From positions 11,842,001 through 11,906,000 of the forward strand of contig NW_027266274.1 of the NCBI RefSeq assembly GCF_022045235.1: 64,000 bases of DNA, given 5' to 3'. Position 1 is the stretch's first letter. Each line of letters starts with the position of its first letter. The notes under the pieces are model-generated. The model made no database searches. It was not told where the DNA came from and saw nothing but the letters and a program-made list of their open reading frames with translations. Positions 1 through 11,439 of this stretch are shown one piece after another. Made by a program: the position numbers and the translations under genes. Source of the stretch: Haliotis cracherodii. Taxonomy: Eukaryota.

Positions 1-12
1 GTGGTAGTTTCA

Positions 13-545
13 GTTTGTTTGTTTGATTTTCATTTGTAGCACCACTGAGCAATATTCCGGCTGTAAGACTGTGGTCTCAAAACAATGAAATCTGGAACTG
101 ACAGGTGAGGTGAGGTGAAATGGGGTTTTACGTCGCTCTAAGATTATTGCACAAATACGGCGACGTGCATGCACGTGTGTGTGTGGCTGCTTGTACTAGT
201 CCGGGTTGATGCCGATTTTATAGTACTAGCCCACTGAGATACCATGCAGGAGTTTAACATGAATGCCCCACTCAGACACTGACAGTATACCGTCTCCGAG
301 CTGACCAGTCCTTGTTTAAGCCACTAAATGCCGAGTGCCAGACAGAGTACCATTTTTTAACGTCTTTTGGTATGACGCGGCCGGGGATCGAACCCCGGAC
401 CTTTCGCTCTCCGGGCGGACGTTTTACCACGGAGGCGGTCTGAACAGACAAACCAGCGATTCATATTATGTGCAACGTCCCATTTCATCGCGCCTGATGA
501 CACGCAAACCCGCTAAGCTACCGCGCCTTACCACCTTATCCATTG
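13..545 (-). mobile_element. Diverged SINE (family of 21938-22174), interrupted by a younger SINE
   Basis: The reverse complement has an (AAAC)n tail, GGAATATTGCTCAGTG and CTGG(t)TTGTCTG(t)TCAGA, matching 21938-22174. It is split at about 104-440 by another SINE, with an imperfect duplication tctggaactgaca / tctgaacagaca on either side. Confidence 0.5.
104..440 (-). mobile_element. tRNA-derived SINE, family 1, (CACCT)n tail
   Basis: The minus strand has a B-box GGTTCGATCCCC, then GTCATACCAAAAGACGTTAAAA...GGTAC, AGGACTGGTCAGCTC and the tail TTTCACCTCACCTCACC. Homologous copies lie at 3945-4217 and 11440-11697. Confidence 0.8.
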
Positions 546-739
546 AGTTACTTCTTACAATTCTGGGGGTCAATTCAAACACGGAATACCAACGGGATTC
601 AAGCTTTTTAGAGAATTTACTTCAGAGAAAAAATCTCATGGTCCCAGTGCATTCTGAAAAGAACAAGGGCGGACACAGTTGACAGACGCTGATCCAACAC
701 ATCATGACATAAGATAGACTATAAGTCAGTCGGAGAATA

Positions 740-875
740 TGTTATTGCGCCGCTTTCAGCAGTATTTCCGCAATATCACGTAGGGGGAAACCAGATATGG
801 GCTTTACACATGATTGGAATCTAGTCCGGAACTTTGGTCTGACGAACAAACGCTTTAACCAAAAGGCCCACCATC
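740..875 (-). mobile_element. Short tRNA-derived SINE, diverged
   Basis: The minus strand reads TGGTTAAAGCGTTTG...AAGCCCATATCTGG...GTGATATTGCGGAAATACTGCTGAAAGCGGCG. Similar remnants lie at about 13195-13330 (-), 18783-18910 (+, repeated in array units 1-4) and 61930-62010 (+). Confidence 0.55.
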
Positions 876-1103
876 ACAAAGATAATAAGGCTCGTATATG
901 GTCAAAAAGTACAGTTCTGAAGTAATGTAAAGGTGTAAACAATCACGACATCATTTCTGATTTTACGTAAAAATCATAAAACACGTCCCATTATTATTCT
1001 GGGAACCCATTTGTCCAGAAACTCTCCATGCTGTGGCCAGTCTCGATCAAATGTTACAAGTTCCAACATCAGGTCTTTGAAAGGCATTTAGAAGTGATAC
1101 ACA

Positions 1104-1187
1104 TAAGGAAGAGAATATGTGGATGTGAACTTCTTTGTTATGAGGAACACAACGTTTCGGAGTATATGCTTGCTCCTTCATCAGGTG
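1104..1187 (-). ncRNA. Penelope-like element terminus with a minimal type I hammerhead ribozyme (core 1148-1187)
   Basis: The minus strand reads CAC-CTGATGA-A-GGAG(caagcatata)CTCC-GAAA-CGTT-GTG. This gives stem I CAC/GTG, an intact CUGAUGA and GAAA core, stem II GGAG/CTCC and a loopless palindromic stem III (AACGTT), as in the minimal hammerheads of Penelope-like elements. Confidence 0.8.
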
Positions 1188-1395
1188 ACTTACTTACTTA
1201 CTTACTTACTTTACTTACTTTACTTACTTTCTTACTTACTTTGGAGATTTAACGTGCGCTTTCCGACTGATGCGTATTTCGCACACGGGCCCGGCCAGGC
1301 CATTATATGTGTTTCCGAAAGGGGCGAAAGTGGTGTGTGCAACCCAAGAGGGGGCTTTAGGGGCTGCTTATATAGAATTTGGGAATTTTGAGATT
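1188..1395 (-). mobile_element. 3' terminal fragment of the I-group LINE family of 53795-57008, with (TAAG)n tail
   Basis: It is nearly identical to about 53795-53962 (TTGGAGATTTAACGTGCGCTTTCCGACTGATGCG...GGGAATTTTGAGATT) and has an expanded CTTA repeat at 1189-1240. Confidence 0.9.
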
Positions 1396-1405
1396 GTTTC
1401 AACTT

Positions 1406-2656
1406 CATTACCATGTCTGTAAAAGTTCGAGGCATTAACAAATCCCTACCCAGGGACCTTGTCGGGGTCATTCTACCCCTCTTGTCATACAAGATGGCCA
1501 GTTACATCCTCACAGCCGATCGATCAGGTGGATTAAGGAACATCCAAATCTCCTTTGACACCAACAACCCCCAAAAGCTCAAAGTTCGGACCACGTCTCT
1601 ACACTCAGAGCCTGTCAAACTACCCTCAGGTAAAGCAACCAATCAAACTCAACACCTACTCCCAGCCCTATTTACACCGGCCACCTTCATGCGGGAAAAG
1701 CAAAGGAAACATCTAAGCACCTCCACCCACCCACCCACCCCATTCGGACCGGTCAACACAGACTCAACAAATCACCCCTACTATCATACCTTCTCAAGCC
1801 CAATCCAATTAGACTCAACAAACACCAACCAATCTCCCCTCTACTAAAACAAAAAAACCTTGAATCTTCCACCTCACCTATTCAGTCCCCGGATCTGTTA
1901 ACCACCCCCACCCAAACTGACCCCATCAACTTCCACCCCATAGTAACAGAAGCACAACTAACACAAAATATTATTAAACATGCTCAGCAAATTTTCACCG
2001 TCCAATATCTCCTGCCCAAGGTTCAATCCCTTGAAACAGAACGTTTTGACCATGAAATCCTAACCCTTCAAGATCTAAATTCTTTTCTGACAGAAACTCA
2101 AAACCAGGTAACACCTCAATTCATCATGAACACCTCAGCTCACTTTATTTAAAAACAATATCACCCCCTCACTGTCTTCGACTTCAATCTGACTAGAACC
2201 CTCCTCTTCACACGGCTTATGCGCAAGCCCCATATCAATCAATACCCCAGCCCAGCCAGTTTAGACTTACTTACATTAGGCTTTTAAACCCCATATTCTA
2301 CATTGCAGCTTAACTGCAAATATATTAACCCCATTATGCTTTACCTTTTCTTCAAGTACAGCTTACAATTACTAGGATAGATTATTTAGCACTTTCTACT
2401 CTTTTCAGGCCTTAAATCCTTCATTCAAAATTTACCTCTCTTAATATATTACCATTTAACTTATCTCCTTTTATTTATAACTTAATACACTTGTTGTACA
2501 TTATAGCCGTAGTTGTATAGGATTAGGTTTATGCACCCTTTACTTACAGGTTTTTGGGGTTGGTTTTTACCTATATTAAAACATTATTTAGATATGGCGA
2601 AATTTGCAGTGGTAGAAGCGGTCGTTAAACTTCCAAGACAGAACATGGCATTCATT
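1406..2656 (+). mobile_element. LINE-related retroelement segment with an I-group-type 3' tail and a disrupted orphan ORF
   Basis: It starts CATTACC-ATG and has an A/C-rich sense strand like LINE 53795-57008. Its end GCGAAATTTGCAGTGGTAGAAGCGGTCGTTAAACTTCCAAG...CATTCATTC aligns with that LINE's end GCGAAATACGCATCAGTCGGAAAGCGCACGTTAAATCTCCAAAG. Confidence 0.6.
1413..2287 (+). pseudogene. Disrupted ORF of about 290 codons, unknown function
   Basis: ORF 1413-1847 overlaps a second frame that is open from about 1634 to 2287 except for one TAA near 2150 (...LESSTSPIQSPDLLTTPTQTDPINFHPIVTEAQLTQNIIKHAQQIFTVQYLLPKVQSLETERFDHEILTLQDLNSFL...). One frameshift joins the two. No domain recognised. Confidence 0.45.
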
Positions 2657-2739
2657 CACCTGGTAAGGAGTAAGCATATACTCACTCACTAAGTGTTCCT
2701 CATAATAAAGAGGTTGACATCCCTATATTCTCTTCCTTA
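2656..2739 (+). repeat. Degenerate inverted copy of the hammerhead terminus at 1104-1187
   Basis: TCACCTGGTAAGGAGTAAGCATATACTC...GTGTTCCTCATAATAAAGAGGTTGACATCCCTATATTCTCTTCCTTA matches the reverse complement of 1104-1188. The catalytic core is mutated (CTGGTA, GAAA lost) and an AATAAA is present. Confidence 0.85.
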
Positions 2740-2828
2740 AGTTTTTCAACATACCGATTTGGGGGTATATACTTAGGAAGAAAAAATGAAAATAAATGTT
2801 TCGAAAATTCAAAATTTATACTGTCGCA

Positions 2829-3090
2829 TATGGGCGAGAATATTTTTCTTTGCTCAAAAATCATGTTTTTATTTTGCTAATACATAAAAGTGTGTTTAGA
2901 AGCATCATAACATATAATTAAACTCCATTCAACTTTATTCAACTGATTTGTAGCGTTATTAAAATATTTCGCCCAGGGCGAAAATATTTTCCTTCGCTCA
3001 AGACTCATGTCGATGTTTTGGAAATGTGTGGGTGTGTGTCTACAAGTATCATGACACTAAGTCCATCCATTTGAAACTTAATTGAAGTTA
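2829..3090. repeat. Diverged direct duplication of about 145 bp with a central palindrome (2961-2990)
   Basis: GGGCGAGAATATTTTTCTTTGCTCAAAAATCATGT is echoed by GGGCGAAAATATTTTCCTTCGCTCAAGACTCATGT. The palindrome is AAAATATTTCGCCC-A-GGGCGAAAATATTTT. Confidence 0.55.
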
Positions 3091-3944
3091 AAGATGTGTT
3101 CATTACCGCATGAGTCTCCAAAAGACTTAAGTTTTCTGTCAACATGATGTGCTCCCTGAACCCTCCAGATTTACACACATACGCAATGCATGCTAATCAA
3201 CACTCTGTCAGTGGCAAAGGGATGGATTTAAGACTTTAAGTTAGTTTTCAATTACAGAGTCAACAAATTTTAGAAAAGACCGTTCACGTTATTAACAGGA
3301 GTTCATCCAGGGAGAATAGATCTGTTTAAAAGTGTCACTCTTCCACAAGGTTTCCTCGCCCTAAGAAATTATTTGTCAGTGTGTGAGAGTAATGTGTGTG
3401 TCAGATTAAAAAACCCTATAACTGTTCTTTAGTCTGTTTTTCAAATTAGTGCATCAAGACTAGTTACGTTATTACTCCAGAAACATAGAAAACAACGTGC
3501 AGTTTGATAAGGCAGATTTTTTTTATGTCAGATAAGACTGATTTATGTCGACACAACCTTGAATAATCCACTGGTGTATAATTGTTAAAATTCCATTGTT
3601 TTACCATCTTGGAATAACCTCCAGATGTGACGGTTGCTCTGACCCTGACCCTGAAAACCTTTCGTGATATTTCTTGAATAAGTTAGAATATACAAACTCA
3701 TGCCCCATTTTAATTTCTAGAGGTTCTTTCTTTTATCGATTTTAATTATTCTTTCAAAACACACTATTTACAATGTCCATACATGTATTATATAGAGTAT
3801 GGGATCTTGAAATATTAATGTGAATGTCAAGTATTAGAACAAAAATACTGGTAATCCAGGATATGTTGAACCAACCGTTTGAGACAATTAGGCAGCACAG
3901 AATTTGGACAAACATAATTGGTTTGTTTCAGATAGATGTGAGAT

Positions 3945-4217
3945 TAGGTGAAATGCCGTTTAACGTCGCGTCCAAGAAAATTGCACTTATATAGCGACGT
4001 GCAGCAACGTGTGTGTGTGGCTACTTGGACTAGTCCGGACACAGTATACTGACTCTGAGCTGACCCGTCCTTGTTTTACCCCCTTGATGCCGAGCGACAG
4101 ACAGGGTAACACCAAGTACCATCTTTTAACGTCTTTTGGTATGACGCGGCCGGGGATCGAACCCCGAGCATTCCGGTCTCCGGGAGGACGCACTATCACT
4201 AGCCCACGGAGGCGGTC
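3945..4217 (-). mobile_element. tRNA-derived SINE, family 1, internally deleted
   Basis: It shares TTTTGGTATGACGCGGCCGGGGATCGAACCCCG and the terminal CCACGGAGGCGGTC with 104-440. Confidence 0.8.
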
Positions 4218-5508
4218 TACAGTTAGAGAGGGTTTACGCATGTTAAGCACGTGCAGGTTACGAAGATGAAATTGACAAAGCACACGTGTTGCTCATCAGC
4301 ACGTTCTATTGTGTACTATTGAACTCGCCACAAGAACGCGTTTTTAGCTGACACAGAACACGCACATATTCATCATACCACTTGTCGCGGACCAACCGCT
4401 ACCCCTTTGTTCACAATGGTATGCGCCAGTGGGCGGACATACATTGTCATACGAGGTTACTTGTCAGATCATAATCAACTTATTGAAAACACCCATCTCC
4501 GTTACCGCCCGGATCCATTCAGCGCCCATTTGAGTGACAACGAGACACCGTTGTGGGGGGAAGTGCTGTTTTGTGTTGAAATAAATATTTCTTAAGCTTA
4601 ATGAAATATCTAACAAGCTTTCCTGTACAGACAAAACGTTTATTCATCGGAATACTGAATGCCTTAGAATAACATCATTTCCACTGACCTTGCACCTTTA
4701 AACATCTTGTAAGCAGAATGTTACATGTGTGTTTAGCGCTGCCAGACTTTTTACAAACATTTTTGTATATTATAAATCCCAACTCATTGTAATTTCAGTA
4801 GCGTCTTTGTCCACGTTTAGAAGACTTACGAAAAACACGATTCATTTTCATGTCAGTTGATATAAAATCAAAATATTCGGGCTCCACATTGGACATTATC
4901 AAAACATTTTTACCAATAAAATACTTTCACCCGTGAAAACATACCACGATTAGGGCTTTATCAAGTGTTTGTTGAATCAGGCCAAAAAACATTGTCGCGG
5001 GTTATGAAGAGACGTATGTAAATAATAGCGACAAACCTCTTACATAATAATCATAAGACATCTCTGCTTAAGTAAAGTCCATTCTACATTGTACAGATTC
5101 TCATAATTCGCCCACTTTAGGATGCGATTGTTCGCGCAATGTGTTGATCTGTGTTGCCCAAATACATCTAAGAGGAACAACCAAAATCCTTTAAACAATA
5201 GCATCGTCCAATTTATCAAGTTACGAGCTCATTTCGAATCTCAAGAACTGACGTCATGGTAGAAAAATGTTTTGTAGTGAAATAGATGATGCCTCTTTCT
5301 TCATTGTTCTTAGCGACGTATACAGTTTATATAATAACACTCTTGCCCTCGTGGTCAAACTATACCTATTTGGGGCCTAACCAACATCTCATAGAGAACA
5401 GATGATAGATCCATGTCAGTAGGGCTTTGTACATGTATGTATATGCTTTTTAACTTTGACAAAGGTAGAGGATGGTATAAAAAGACAAATTAATCTGAAC
5501 ATGTATCA

Positions 5509-5790
5509 GGGACACGGGTGGCCCAGTAGTCTAAGACGCCGCGATTCGCTGTGCAGATTGCGTCTCTTGGGCACGCCAGAAACCTATGATTGTGGGTTCG
5601 AATCCTGGTTCGCCCCGATTATGTTCCAGGTTTGTTAGCACCATACCCGTGCTCGTGGGTTTCACCGAAGCTATAAACGTCTGAGACCTGCATCACTTCG
5701 GGCTTTCCTCCCACATTAAGCTGACACGCCGTGATAATGATATAACTGGAATACTGTTAAAAGCGGCGATAAACCTTACTCACTCACTCA
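5509..5790 (+). mobile_element. tRNA-derived SINE, family 2, (ACTC)n tail
   Basis: It has an A-box TGGCCCAGTAG-TCTAAG, a B-box GGTTCGAATCC, a central GTGGGTTTCACCGAAG...CTTCGGGCTTTCCTCCCAC domain and the tail AAAAGCGGCGATAAACC-(ACTC)n. Confidence 0.85.
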
Positions 5791-5907
5791 CAAACTCATT
5801 TTCTTCCAACTTAATCACTCGAATCTGTTGATTCCGGAAGTTGGATCAATATATTCTCACCACTTCGCCATCACGTAATCCTTATCAGACTTTATATAAG
5901 TCAAGCA

Positions 5908-6431
5908 CGCTTTTTGACATGTACTTTCAAACATGGAGATCTACTGTAGATGTTTCTAGCAAATGTGAATATTATAGATATTTTAAAATGCAAATATGCG
6001 CAGAAAAATATTTAACTGATGTAAATATAAGAAAATGCAGAATATCATTAACACAATTTAGATGCAGCTCACACAGGTTAATGGTTGAAGTTGGCAGGCA
6101 CAACAAAATACCCAAATGTTTAAGATTATGTAAACAATGTTCTTTAAATGTTGTCGAAGATGAATTTCATTTTCTACTTGTATGTTGTAAATATGACAAT
6201 TTAAGGAAAAAATATATTGAACAGAAATACTATGTACATCCAAATAAATACAAGTTTATCTCTTTAATTTCACATGTGAGCAAAACGGCTATACAAAATC
6301 TCTCTCTCTTTATATATCATGCCATGTTATTAAGAAATGAATCCTTGTAACATTCCTAACCGCTTCCACATTGTCATGTATTCTGTACTATGGGCCTGTG
6401 GCCTTACAGTTATATATGAATAAACTGATTG
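5908..6431 (+). mobile_element. 5'-truncated non-LTR retrotransposon (RTE-X-like ORF2 C-terminus) with 14-bp TSD
   Basis: It encodes FRCSSHRLMVEVGRH...LCKQC...EDEFHFLLVC..Y..LRKKY, a C-terminal CCHC motif, and ends in AATAAA plus a TGAT tail. The TSD ATATAAGTCAAGCA lies at 5894-5907 and 6432-6445. The clade assignment is from motif recall. Confidence 0.85.
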
Positions 6432-8020
6432 ATATAAGTCAAGCAGGAACGAGTAGACAACTGGTTATCCGCCCACTCTGCGTGAACGCCATGCAATCAA
6501 TGCTGTGACAGATGGTGTCAAACATAAATATCACTGACACGGCAAATAAATACGGAAGTATTTAATATTGTGTAATTTTAATGAGTGTGTATATTTTGAA
6601 AATTCCAGTTTTGTCTTTGATCCATTTTGCAAGGTCGTTCCAGGCATGTTTTACAATTTCTCTCTAAAAAACATGTGCATTCAGGTTTGTTTGTCTCGTT
6701 TACAAATATAATGTATTTGCCTATGTAATCATTATGCCATCATCCTATATCACACGTGCACCTGCTATTTAGATAAAAAGCGAGAATTTCACCCGTTTCA
6801 CCGGAGCTTTTAATACCAGGATACCAGATTTAATACAACATTGTTGCCGAAACCTATGTAACAAATTGTGCAATTTATTTATCTTGACGTAGACGAGGAA
6901 TCTGTTTTTAAATTTGATCTAATTCAGTAATGAAAAGCAAACAATTCAGAATTAAGTGACAGCTCAGGTTGAGTGATGAATAGATGTTACGAAACTGATT
7001 GCCTAATAACATGAACGTTGATCAGAGAGCTTCTGTTCTAATGGATGATGTGTCACTTATCATGAAAGTATGTCCCTGAGGGCAAAAGGGCAAAGACAAA
7101 AATACAAACGAGAGGACTTATTTTCCTTTTCTAATATTATTTACTGACAGAATTAAACATATCTAGTTTAGTAGTTCAATCATTGGGATCCTTTCCATTT
7201 TGAGGTCATGTCTTTGGAAAGATAGTCTTACGCCTACAAATGGCAAAAGTTCAATTGATATTACTAAGATAGGAACGTGTACAGAATTGGCCATGTTCTA
7301 TCATGGGCACACATCTGCGCAGCTAAGTAATATTCCGTCGATTCCTTAAAATGGCCCACAAGCCGAGTTCAGAATGTTGTCTAAAGCATACATTTGACTA
7401 TATGGAATTTAATCATATACTTACCCAAATAGTTACTAGTTATATGAGTCAATAACGTATCCTCAGCTGCTTGGGTTAACCTGAGGAATACGCATGGTGT
7501 GAATCATTCATTATTTCTAGTTAATTGTTTTGGGTACCAATGGCAAAAAAGTCAAAGTCAATGCAATTCACCGTGCATCCGCTGTTTCACATAACTTGGA
7601 TGGTAAACCATTTTGAGCATACATACTATGGCTTCGGAAAGGACAGGAAGTGTGTGTTATCTACTGTATAATTAGCATGGCTTTTATTATTCACCATTCG
7701 AAACTGCTCGTTTTCTTTCAGTTTCGATATACCTTGCAGTCAATGAACCCCTCGTCCGTTCTGAGAAGAGATGGATTGTTTGTCAGATCTCGGCGGAAAA
7801 AGGTATCGAATTGGAGTTGAGGATTTACTATCATTTGCTACTTTGTTCATGGTTAGGTGTAACATAATAATAAAAAATAACAAGGCTATTTCTAGAGCGC
7901 AAAATTCCAAATCACTGAGCGGCATGGTCAATTTTCAACAGTGCATAGGTACATATATTCAACTGAGAGGGGATAAAACATGTCTACACATTCAGATGTA
8001 GCCAGAAGGTACGTTTTGAG

Positions 8021-8296
8021 TAAAACATCGTTACTAGATGCACATCTGAGGCTGAAGGGAAGACAGTTTCATACATGTGTTTTATATCGCTGTAATGAGG
8101 TCCAACATATCATGTCCCCGTTGTAGTTTGTTTAATTAGGAATGCTGTCGTTGGTTGCAAAACACATCGTTACTAGATGCACTTTTGAGGCTGAAGGGAT
8201 GAGAATGTTTTATATCGCAGTAATTTGTTCCAACGTCTCATGTCCCTGTTTTAGCTGGTATAATTATGTTTCGTTGTGCTGCCGTAGGTTGCAAAC
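8021..8296. repeat. Diverged tandem duplication of about 138 bp
   Basis: ACATCGTTACTAGATGCAC...GAGGCTGAAGGGA...TTTATATCGC...CATGTCCC occurs at about 8025 and again at about 8164. Confidence 0.7.
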
Positions 8297-9439
8297 TGTT
8301 GATTGTCAACGGATGGAACAAGGTGTCATCTCCAAAGAGCAGGGCCCAACTCCCGCACGTACAAGACGTATTGGTAACCGTAAGATTGAACAAGTGTGAC
8401 GCAGGAAGTGATTACATGTTAAAGAGAAATGCCATCTACAAAATATAAAGAAGATGTATCTCTTTAACAGTACAAGAAGAAAATAATGTTTCACATGTTT
8501 GCTTTTTGCAAGCAAGGTGATAGCTGCTCCCACTGTTTCTCTTGGTTACATTCATCATTGTACGTTCCATCGGCCATCCAAGTATGTTGTTACTCTCAAG
8601 CCAATTTCTGAAATGTAAACCAAGCACATCCGGTTCCCTTAATTGCGACGATTGCTCCACCTTTAGCATCAGTTTCCATTCTGTGTACGTCCCCTTGGAC
8701 ATGCAGCATCGTGACTGTTCCTTACCACAGATAACAATGAACATAAAAGAGATCGGTTTGGTTCTACAACAAAACCCCATTGCTGTCCATCAAAGTATAA
8801 AGTAAAGTGATAAAGTATCTTGATTTGTTTTCATGTTGAAAGGGAAAGTATAAAAATATATTAGATACTGAAACTTATAGACCTGAAACTGCGAGAAGTG
8901 TAGTCCATTGTAATAATCTTAACCATTTTCTCTCTAACATTTCACCATTTTCAATTGCTATTTGCCACCCGGACATTTACTTGTGACCCCAGTGAAAGTA
9001 ATTTGAAAGCAAAAGGGCAAGTGTCTCTTCGATCATGACAGATTAACATGAACAATGCTCTGGTAAAGGAGGTTGTGCAGTTTTGTTGAATCCGACTCGT
9101 CTTACAGGAGACACTCATTACCAGGCACAGATTTTGAAGCCTATGCAGCAGCAATGTATCATGGCGATGATAATGCGACTTGCATTGTGATTAATATGGT
9201 TGATGCTGGAAAACCAAGAGTGATTGGTTACATGAAAATGTTTCATTTAATCGGAAGGTCCATACAGTATACAATTTTAACAGACATAATGAATTGTTGA
9301 GCGGTAAAACTTCAGACTAAAATGAAAGAGTCAGTGACAATTCATTAGAAGGGGTTGATCAAGTCATTCTGATAGAAAGGGAAAGCTAGAATCAATATCT
9401 GAAAAAGAACGATTTATCAATTAGAATTTGTTATGGTTA

Positions 9440-9875
9440 TCTCCTTATGACCTCCGGAACTAGAAATGAAGAAGATCAATGCGACCGCTTCATCTGTTTC
9501 ATGTTTAGAGCTTTGCATAAAGATTCAGAGTGACAAAAACCCAATCCACAAGACGGTTGTACATGAAATGGGGGGTTGTTTCAACTTTCAAATTGCCAAC
9601 TTTCCCTTTAGGTGGAATGATATTCCTGTAGCTCCAGCCCTTGTGTGTCTACATTTCTCAACTTGTGAGGTGCTCATAACATTGAAGCCCAGTAAAGCTT
9701 TCCAAACGTGTTAGGGCAGACATGTGGAGGACAATTCCATATTTGATAAAAATGTTGTCCTACTTTATCTTGTACCACATGTTCCCGTGTTTTTTCATGT
9801 GAAGAATCGACTTGCCTTTGCATGTGTTTGTGATGGGTGCCACTGATGGGGCAGGATACGCTCACCTTTTCGCGT
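9440..9875 (+). mobile_element. Penelope-like (Naiad-type) RT C-terminal remnant and 3' end
   Basis: It translates to PPELEMKKINATASSVSCLEL...FNFQIANFPF..DIPVAPA..VYISQLVR, resembling the YPPELEIK...SASYLDL...FNF.I.NFPF.SNIP..PAYGVYISQLIR pattern. It ends with GGGTGCCACTGATGGGGCAGGATACGCTCACCTT. Confidence 0.75.
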
Positions 9876-11005
9876 CATTAACACATATGGTATAGTCGTA
9901 ATTGTACAATCGACTCTCCTTTCGGCAGAGATTTCTTATGAATATGGAAAGAGTTTTTGTCGCTCATATTTATAATAATAGATGCAATGGAGATCTTTTC
10001 ATGATGATGATGTTTGTTAGTTTTCACTCGACTTCAGGTAAGCCCTCTATGATCATGTGATGAGCTTGTGTCCGCTACGATCGTGTGAGGAGCTTGTGTC
10101 AAGATGGGAGCAATGTCTCCCGACTTGATACATAAATGATCATGTGGACATGTGCAATTGGATGAAACAAGAAAGGTTATTAACATAGGAGAAGCCTCCA
10201 TCTGAATGTCGTCAGTGCCTTTTGTTCAAAATTGCACCCGTTTTGTCTGATTCTGACATGAGTACTAAATTTCCTAAATGAGACAGTGTACAAACATGCA
10301 ATGTGCCAACAGTTTTGCCTAATGGTTACATCAACTCCAGGGCGACATAACTTATATATTCCATCAGAACGTCTAGACTGATTGATTTGATAAAATATCT
10401 GCCAATGTCAAGCCCTGGGTTATATACCATTTCTTAAGCAATGCTGCTAGTCTCAAGAAATGAATCAAAAAGATGAAATGATACATCTACCATTTCATTT
10501 TTACATGAAGCAATGCTTCTATCAAGACTGTGATATGGATACTAAGTTTGTGTGACTGTTTAAATGCTCAAGAATACGCACAAGCTTCAGGTGTGAATTT
10601 GTGTTGATCAAACATTTTCTGAAACAGACTGACTGATTGTCTGTGACTGATCGCAACGTAACACTCTATTTCGTTGAAACATTCGGACATAAACAAAATA
10701 GATTTTAACACATTATTCTATTTTGGCTTCTTCTTAAGTATTATTAATTTACTTCAATAGCCAATAAAATATTTCTAAGTGAGCTCTCCGTAAACGTTAC
10801 ACACAAATCTACCGAAAGTACCCTGACTCTTCCATGATTTGTTCCTCTCGGTTTTATAAAGTGAAGATATTTTAACTTGAGTTCATCTTGAGTTCGACAT
10901 TATCAATGGATCAGGTGGTCAGGCACAGTGACTTGGTTGATGTCACTGTGTTATCTGATCCATTAACGATATTTACAGGCCGATGTTGTACACTCATTCC
11001 TCAAG

Positions 11006-11293
11006 GGGGGCACGGGTGGCCCAGTCGTCTAAGGCGCCGCGATTCGCTGTGCAGAGTTGCGTCCCTTGGGCACGCCAGAAACCTATGATTGTGGGTTCCA
11101 ATCCCGGTTCGCCCCGATTATGTTTCTAGGTTTGTCAGCACCATACCCGTGCTCGTGGGTTTCACCGAAGTGGTAAACGTCTGAGACCTGCATCACTTCG
11201 GGCTTTCCTCCCACATTAAGCTGACACGCCGCGATATAACTGGAATACTGTTAAAAGCGGCGTTAAACCCAACTCACTCACTCATTAATAAAT
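11006..11293 (+). mobile_element. tRNA-derived SINE, family 2, full length with 10-bp TSD
   Basis: Same family as 5509-5790. The TSD ATTCCTCAAG lies at 10996-11005 and 11294-11303. Confidence 0.9.
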
Positions 11294-11439
11294 ATTCCTC
11301 AAGTTCCTACAGGAAGTGCCCATGTGTCTCGTGGAACTGAGACTCAATGCAGTTTTAATTGAACTACAGTTAAGCAAAGCAGACAGAGTAACATACGTGT
11401 ATATAGCATAAGTAAGAAAGTGGAAACAGGTTAAGTCTT

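Noticed and set aside
4290-5350. Non-autonomous DNA transposon ending in AACACTCTTGCCCTCGTGG
   Set aside because: I found no matching inverted terminus or TSD.
7722-7802. Plus-strand exon (TTTTCTTTCAG...AAG|GTATCG)
   Set aside because: The donor is weak, there are no partner exons and the peptide is not recognisable.
8520-8810. Decayed AP-endonuclease fragment (KGGAIVAIK, WLESNNIL) on the minus strand
   Set aside because: The motifs are too short and scattered across frames to support without a profile search.
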